DNA of 63,266 nt, counting the filler, from Craspedostauros australis (taxonomy: Eukaryota), in NCBI GenBank assembly GCA_030167865.1. It is 9 parts of 9 records of this genome, joined end to end, with 100 filler letters (N's around TTAATTAATTAA, not from the genome) between each part and the next. Parts side by side here need not be neighbours in the genome. Positions count along the whole stretch, not along the records: positions 55,188 to 58,760 come from JALAGF010003972.1; positions 58,861 to 61,451 come from JALAGF010003974.1; positions 61,552 to 63,266 come from JALAGF010003978.1; 6 more parts are not named here. One strand, given 5' to 3'. The first letter of the stretch is position 1. Each line of letters starts with the position of its first letter. Position numbers and translations under genes: made by a program. The notes beneath the pieces are model-generated. The model saw only the letters and a list, made by a program, of their open reading frames with translations. It was not told the origin of the DNA and made no database searches. Shown piece by piece: positions 58,101-63,266 of the stretch.

Positions 58101-58760
58101 TTCCTCGACCGGCAGCACAGGATCTTCATCGGCCGGTTGCTGATCCAGGTTGAGCATGGTTTCGCGAGCCTTCTTCTGGCGGCGTTCTTCTTCTTCGTCC
58201 TCTGTGTGGATGGCCTCGGAAACCTCCTCCTCAGTGTATCCGTGGGTGTCTTCTGGCTCGTACCCATCTTCGAGCTGAGACGTGTATCCGTACTGCGATG
58301 TCTTGCGCCGATCGGCGTCTCGCGCGAGCTGTGCTTGACGATTCGCCTGGTTTCCATTCCCAGTGGCATCACCGCCAGTCTCAGCTGCGTTGGCACCAGA
58401 TCCCATCACACCCTTGTCGGCTCCGTCGGTCTTGACATCGTCGTCAGGAGCTCCCATGGTATCGTCGTCCATCGATGCTGCTCCCATCTGCCGTGGTGCA
58501 TGATCGTTCTCCACGTCGCTGCCAACCACGGTGCTGCCAGCCCCAGAAATACCTGTACTACGCAAGTCGACGTCGCGTTCCTCGTCCGTTGTCGCTTCAA
58601 TGTCTTCCCCAACATCTGCAACGTCGGTTTCGGCCTTCTCGACCATCAAGTTGTGTTCTGCTTCGTCATCGGTCGCCTCGCTCGCGACGCCGGTCTTGAT
58701 AGCGACTGATGCGTCAGTCTCGTACACCTGCTGTGGTTGCATCTCGTCAGCAACCACGTC
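55188..58760 (-). CDS. Internal fragment (about 1190 aa) of a very large acidic, disordered protein with a basic NLS-like end
   Basis: The frame is open across the whole contig; D/E/A-rich, ending in RRKPRRRTRSKK and TPRRKKKR. No folded domain recognised. Confidence 0.85.
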
Positions 58761-58860
58761 NNNNNNNNNNNNNNNNNNNNNNNNNNNNNNNNNNNNNNNN
58801 NNNNTTAATTAATTAANNNNNNNNNNNNNNNNNNNNNNNNNNNNNNNNNNNNNNNNNNNN
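58761..58860. other. Artificial contig linker
   Basis: Same pattern. Confidence 0.98.
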
Positions 58861-61451
58861 TGCCGATTGGCTGGCGCTCTTCATACTGTGCGCAATATGG
58901 GACGTAGCGGGGGTGTACGTTGACACCAGAATGATCTTGGCTCCCTCGGAGGCGTGCTGCGACACTCCCCCGCCAGTACCAGAAAGGATGCCATGAGAAC
59001 GGATGCCTGGGAGGCCACCACCCTCCATTGAAAGGTCTCTGATGTACTCTGATCTCCGCTGCTTGATATCATCAATTTTGAAGATGCCACCCCATGCCTT
59101 GAAATACTGCACCGACTTAGAAAGGTACTCCGTGGCCAGCTCCTTCTGCCCATGCAGCACGAAGTACTCACCAGCCATCTCGCAAGTTAGACCAGCGTCT
59201 TGGATGTAAGATGACCTGGCGGAAACTGCGATGGCCTTGTCGTAAGCGTTCTTCACGCTCCGCACCTTCCTTCTACCCTTGCGGATGGCGAGCTCTTCGG
59301 CATCTAGAATCAAGGCGTAATGCAGGCAGTTGGGTCCTTTTGCGGTTGTGACGGTCCGCAGTTGCTTGTGNAGCTTCTGCATTTTGCGCAGGTGCTTCTT
59401 CTTGCCGGTCTCGCGGTAAAGATTGGCACAGATCAGACCACCGAAGAATTCACGCGATGCAGCCGTCACCAAAGCATTGTCCTCGCTCGAAATCAAGCTG
59501 AAGCATTTGAGCAGGCCTTGCGCAATGTGGTGGCGTCGCATGTACACTGCGAGGATGACCCTGGCCTGAAAGTACGGAAGGAGGTCGTAGGTCTCAGATC
59601 CATCGAGCTTCTCCTTCTTCAAGTTTCTTCGTGATTGTTCTTCCAGCTTGTCCCAGTCAGGAGGCTCGGCTCCGGAGAGCACTCGGAACAACGTGAGGAA
59701 CGCTTGGGACGTACCAAGCATGGATTCGACACGGTACATCCGACATTGCTCGTGGGTGATCTCTGCTGCTTTGAGCAATGGTTTGAGTTCGCAGCCTGCG
59801 AAAAGCGAAACGATATTGCTGCCCTGCCAGTTCATGAAGCCGGCTTCAAATTCGCCTGCCTCCATCGAGATCATGTATCCCGTGCGGAGACGCTGGATGA
59901 TGTCGGCAAATGGCACGATGTAGGGGTCAATATACAGTGACGTGACCACTGTAATCCAGCCAGCTGCGGCCGTGCCATTCGTCTTGCGAACGATACGGCG
60001 CGCTACATCTCCGCAGCGGATGGCCAACTCGAAATCACCCATTGCCAGACTCATCATACCGAACCCCGTCATGGCCATGGCTGAGTCCTCGGAGATCCCA
60101 AATTCAAATGTGGTCCGTATGGAGCTAAAGTGGTTGACAACCAATTTGAGCATGCTCTTGCACAAGTGCGCCCGGATGCCGATTTCATTGAAAAACTTCA
60201 TCGTGATGACCTTCCTCGGGTCTTGATTCAGCGGGAGATTCAGGATATCTTCGTCGGTGTACGCTTTGAAGTAAGCCCTAACTTTGCTCAGCCCCGCCAC
60301 TGCGTGTATGGCAAGGAAGCGCTTGGGGAACTCATTGATTTGGCGCATTGTGCTAAGACCAATCTTGAGTGCTTCAAGGTGACGATTTTCGCGACCCAGG
60401 TTGTGCATGATGGAGAGGTAGATAGGGAGCTTCTCATCCAGACTGTGAGCCTTGTCGATGGCTTCGTAACCGAGCTTGTAGCCCACATCGAAGTGACCGA
60501 GAGACAGCTCGACGGCCGATCTGGCTGAATACAGTCGAAAGCATACGGAGTAGTGCTCATCCCAAGGATTTTGAACCCGCCGCAGGGCATTGGTGGCCTT
60601 TTGCAGGTACCCAGCAGCCGGTGCGAGGGCGGCCATTTGCAGGGCCTTCTCGCCGACTTCCAAGTTCATCGCGACTGAGAACATGTGGTCCTTGCACTGG
60701 ACGCTGTTCAGATGGTCCGCCGCAACGAACAAGAGGGCATCAACGTCGTTGGCCTGGTCTGTATCGTTGTTTGTTGGTGGCGGAGACGAGTCCAACGTTG
60801 ATTGATTCGCATCCGTGAGTGCGCGATAGTGATCCAGTAGGCAGTGACCGATGCGCACTCGCAGCATTTCTCGCTGTTCGCCATACGGGATCATACCGTA
60901 GGCGGCCTGCTGGATCCGATCGTGAGCGAATCGATAGTTTGATCCACCGATGGGGTTGAGGATGAGTCGCTCCAGCACGGCCTGCTCCAGAAGGTGAGAC
61001 ACTTCGTTGGCATCCATCGGTTTGGCAACGGCGTGCTCCTGGAATGACTTTCGAGAAACAGGGGCGCCTTCCTTGCTGCTGGGCCCTGGCATGGTGGAGA
61101 AGACACNNNNNNNNNNNNNNNNNNNNNNNNNNNNNNNNNNNNNNNNNNNNNNNNNNNNNNNNNNNNNNNNNNNNNNNNNNNNNNNNNNNNNNNNNNNNNN
61201 NNNNNNNNNNNNNNNNNNNNNNNNNNNNNNNNNNNNNNNNNNNNNNNNNNNNNNGCTCACGGGGAGCTCTTCATCGTCGCCAAGGTTCCATTCCCACTGG
61301 AAGAAGATGCGGCTGTAGATGAGGATGTTCTTGCGCTCCAGCTCCTCCAAGGCCTGCAGCGTGAAGTACACGTTGCCCTGGGTTTTGGCATACAGCTTCT
61401 TGGAGAGGACGGCCACATCCTCCGCTGGTCGATCCAGCAGTTCCGACACTA
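58861..61451 (-). CDS. Second STAND NTPase + helical-repeat protein, partial at both ends, with an internal N gap
   Basis: TQGNVYF, FQWEW, LEQAVLE, YRFAHDRIQQAAY, AADHLN and AYDKAI...GLTCEMAG; colinear with 15514-19054. Confidence 0.88.
61107..61254. other. Intra-scaffold assembly gap (148 N)
   Basis: N run without the TTAA linker. Confidence 0.95.
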
Positions 61452-61551
61452 NNNNNNNNNNNNNNNNNNNNNNNNNNNNNNNNNNNNNNNNNNNNTTAAT
61501 TAATTAANNNNNNNNNNNNNNNNNNNNNNNNNNNNNNNNNNNNNNNNNNNN
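61452..61551. other. Artificial contig linker
   Basis: Same pattern. Confidence 0.98.
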
Positions 61552-63266
61552 GAGTAGCCCGTTGAGTAGAGTTAAACGCCAGCACCGCCAAGGAAGTGGC
61601 AATAACACGATTACTGCCATTGGTGGAGATGGAGAGACGAGCGTGTCCGTGTGGCATCGTCGTGGACGGTCAAGTATTCTTGTTCGTGTACGATACGCAA
61701 CTCGGTCGCAGAGCTGGAAGAGTGGATGCAATACTTGGGCTGAATTTGGTTCTGTTGCGACAGCGTACCGACTTCGTCGTCAACTTCATTGTATGGTGTG
61801 AGCAGACCCTCCTTGACATCAATCCGTGTGATGGTGGTGATACCACACAACCAGTCTGCTCCGCTGTACGGGTACGAGTGGATCATTGTAGTCGTACGAG
61901 TAATACAACTTGAGCAGAATGAGGACTCCATCAGATCAACAGGAGGCGTGATGAAGAGGAAGTGCCACCACTGTTGCCTTTCTTCGTCCTCTTGCGTGTG
62001 TGTGGGTATCAGTGCAAGGTTATGAATTCAAGGAGATGGGAACATCATCCAGCCATGTCTACAGGCATGTGTGAGTGTTGGTTGGTTGGTTGGTTGGTTG
62101 GTTGCTCGTCTGGAGTGTTGCGTTTGGGTTCGACTTGAGTTGGCATAGTTGACGTCAGTGGCTTGGTTAATTCGTTGATGATTCTCCGAGAGCGGATCAA
62201 TCACGCGTGGTTGGCATACGCCCGTCGCCATGGGCAAGGCGAAAAGGACTGCGCCAGCGTTTGTGCGTGCGTCTGAAGGCACATACAATAAATGTGGATT
62301 CTGTCGGTCGTGAATGAGACAAGAAAGGACCTGCCATCACGAAGGAACGAAAATGAGGCGTCGCGGTGTTGGCGGAAACACGGAACTCGAAGATCGTGAA
62401 CAGAAGTTGGAGAGAGATGCGAGGATAGTTGTGCGTTGATGAAGCGATTGCAGGGTTGAGCAAAGCATGTGCGTTGCGTGTTCCAGAGCGGAGAGCCTGG
62501 TAGATGCAAGGAATGACTCCGAATGGGAGCTAATAGGTGTTTGGCAGGTCTGGACCACGATCTGACGAGGCAACAAAACGCAAGGCCAACCAAGATGAGA
62601 CGAGGTGAGTGGAACGAACAAGAGCGAGTGGGCATGGTCTTTGTGTGACGGTGAGGCTGAGAGAGAGAGAGAGGGGGGGAGAGCGGCAGAGCGAGCGAGT
62701 CAGTTCGTCCGTGGGATCCAGATAGCAGAAGCATCGGAGAAACCATCGACGGGATGGAGAGGGCCAGCTTCGTTGAGAATGAATTTGCTTCGCATTCATG
62801 TATGAGGCTGCTGCGCATTCTTCATCATACACACTTTACTCACGAAAGGAAAGGAAAGAACGTATCAATGCAATACCAGTGAGCGCGTTGCTCTTCGAAG
62901 ATTGGCCAAACAGGACATCCCAACAATAATAGTTCTTCTGTTTGGTTCGTTGTCTCGACAGCAACCAGCATCCAGCACTTCTCATTCATGCTGATAGGCT
63001 ATTCCACGGGCTACAGAGAGTGGAGCATGTTGCTTCTCAACTGCCAATGTTACCGTCTATCAGTGCATTTGGTTCCGGTGTGATGAAATGGTGTGCGGTG
63101 TATAGTGACATGGTGTGTTATGACAATTACGCGCCACCGCGGCATCTGTCGCGTGATGTATTTGCATCTCGGCGCGCACAAAGCGGTGGAATTGCCTCCA
63201 CACAAGTCCGCAAGCATTATTGCTGGCTCACGGAGAAGAATCGACATTTATGGCAACCATCGAAGA

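Noticed and set aside
61552..63266. ORFs in the last contig piece
   Set aside because: Short, with no motifs; the region is dominated by microsatellites and UTR- or promoter-like sequence.

Overview
Eukaryotic nuclear DNA, almost certainly from a diatom: it carries a silicon-transporter (SIT) homolog, bipartite plastid presequences, GT-AG introns and gene families typical of diatoms. The window is not one molecule. It is nine contig pieces joined by eight artificial 100-nt linkers (44 N + TTAATTAATTAA + 44 N), with one further 148-N gap, so adjacency across linkers is not evidence of linkage. Housekeeping genes: ELF1, dapF, NDUFS8/TYKY, an RluF/RsuA-type pseudouridine synthase, an NADPH-dependent FMN reductase, a CRAL-TRIO protein and an intron-containing tRNA-Met(CAT). 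Accessory content: an intact spliced PIF/Harbinger-ISL2EU-type transposase, a SIT pseudogene, two STAND NTPase + helical-repeat genes, two paralogous ankyrin genes (one with near-identical 204-bp internal repeats, one apparently cut by an Ac-like hAT end), an LRR membrane protein, a double-BTB-like protein, two tandem GFA genes divergent from the FMN reductase, a YacP-like NYN nuclease split by a long insertion, stop-riddled pseudogenes, a 1234-bp dovetail duplication between two contigs and a structured leader upstream of an orphan ORF. No CRISPR array or rRNA was seen. The best candidates for new biology are hypotheses only: an NLR-like STAND/repeat-protein repertoire, a redox/aldehyde detoxification mini-cluster and a possible retroelement leader RNA. 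All family calls come from motif recognition by eye; no searches were run.
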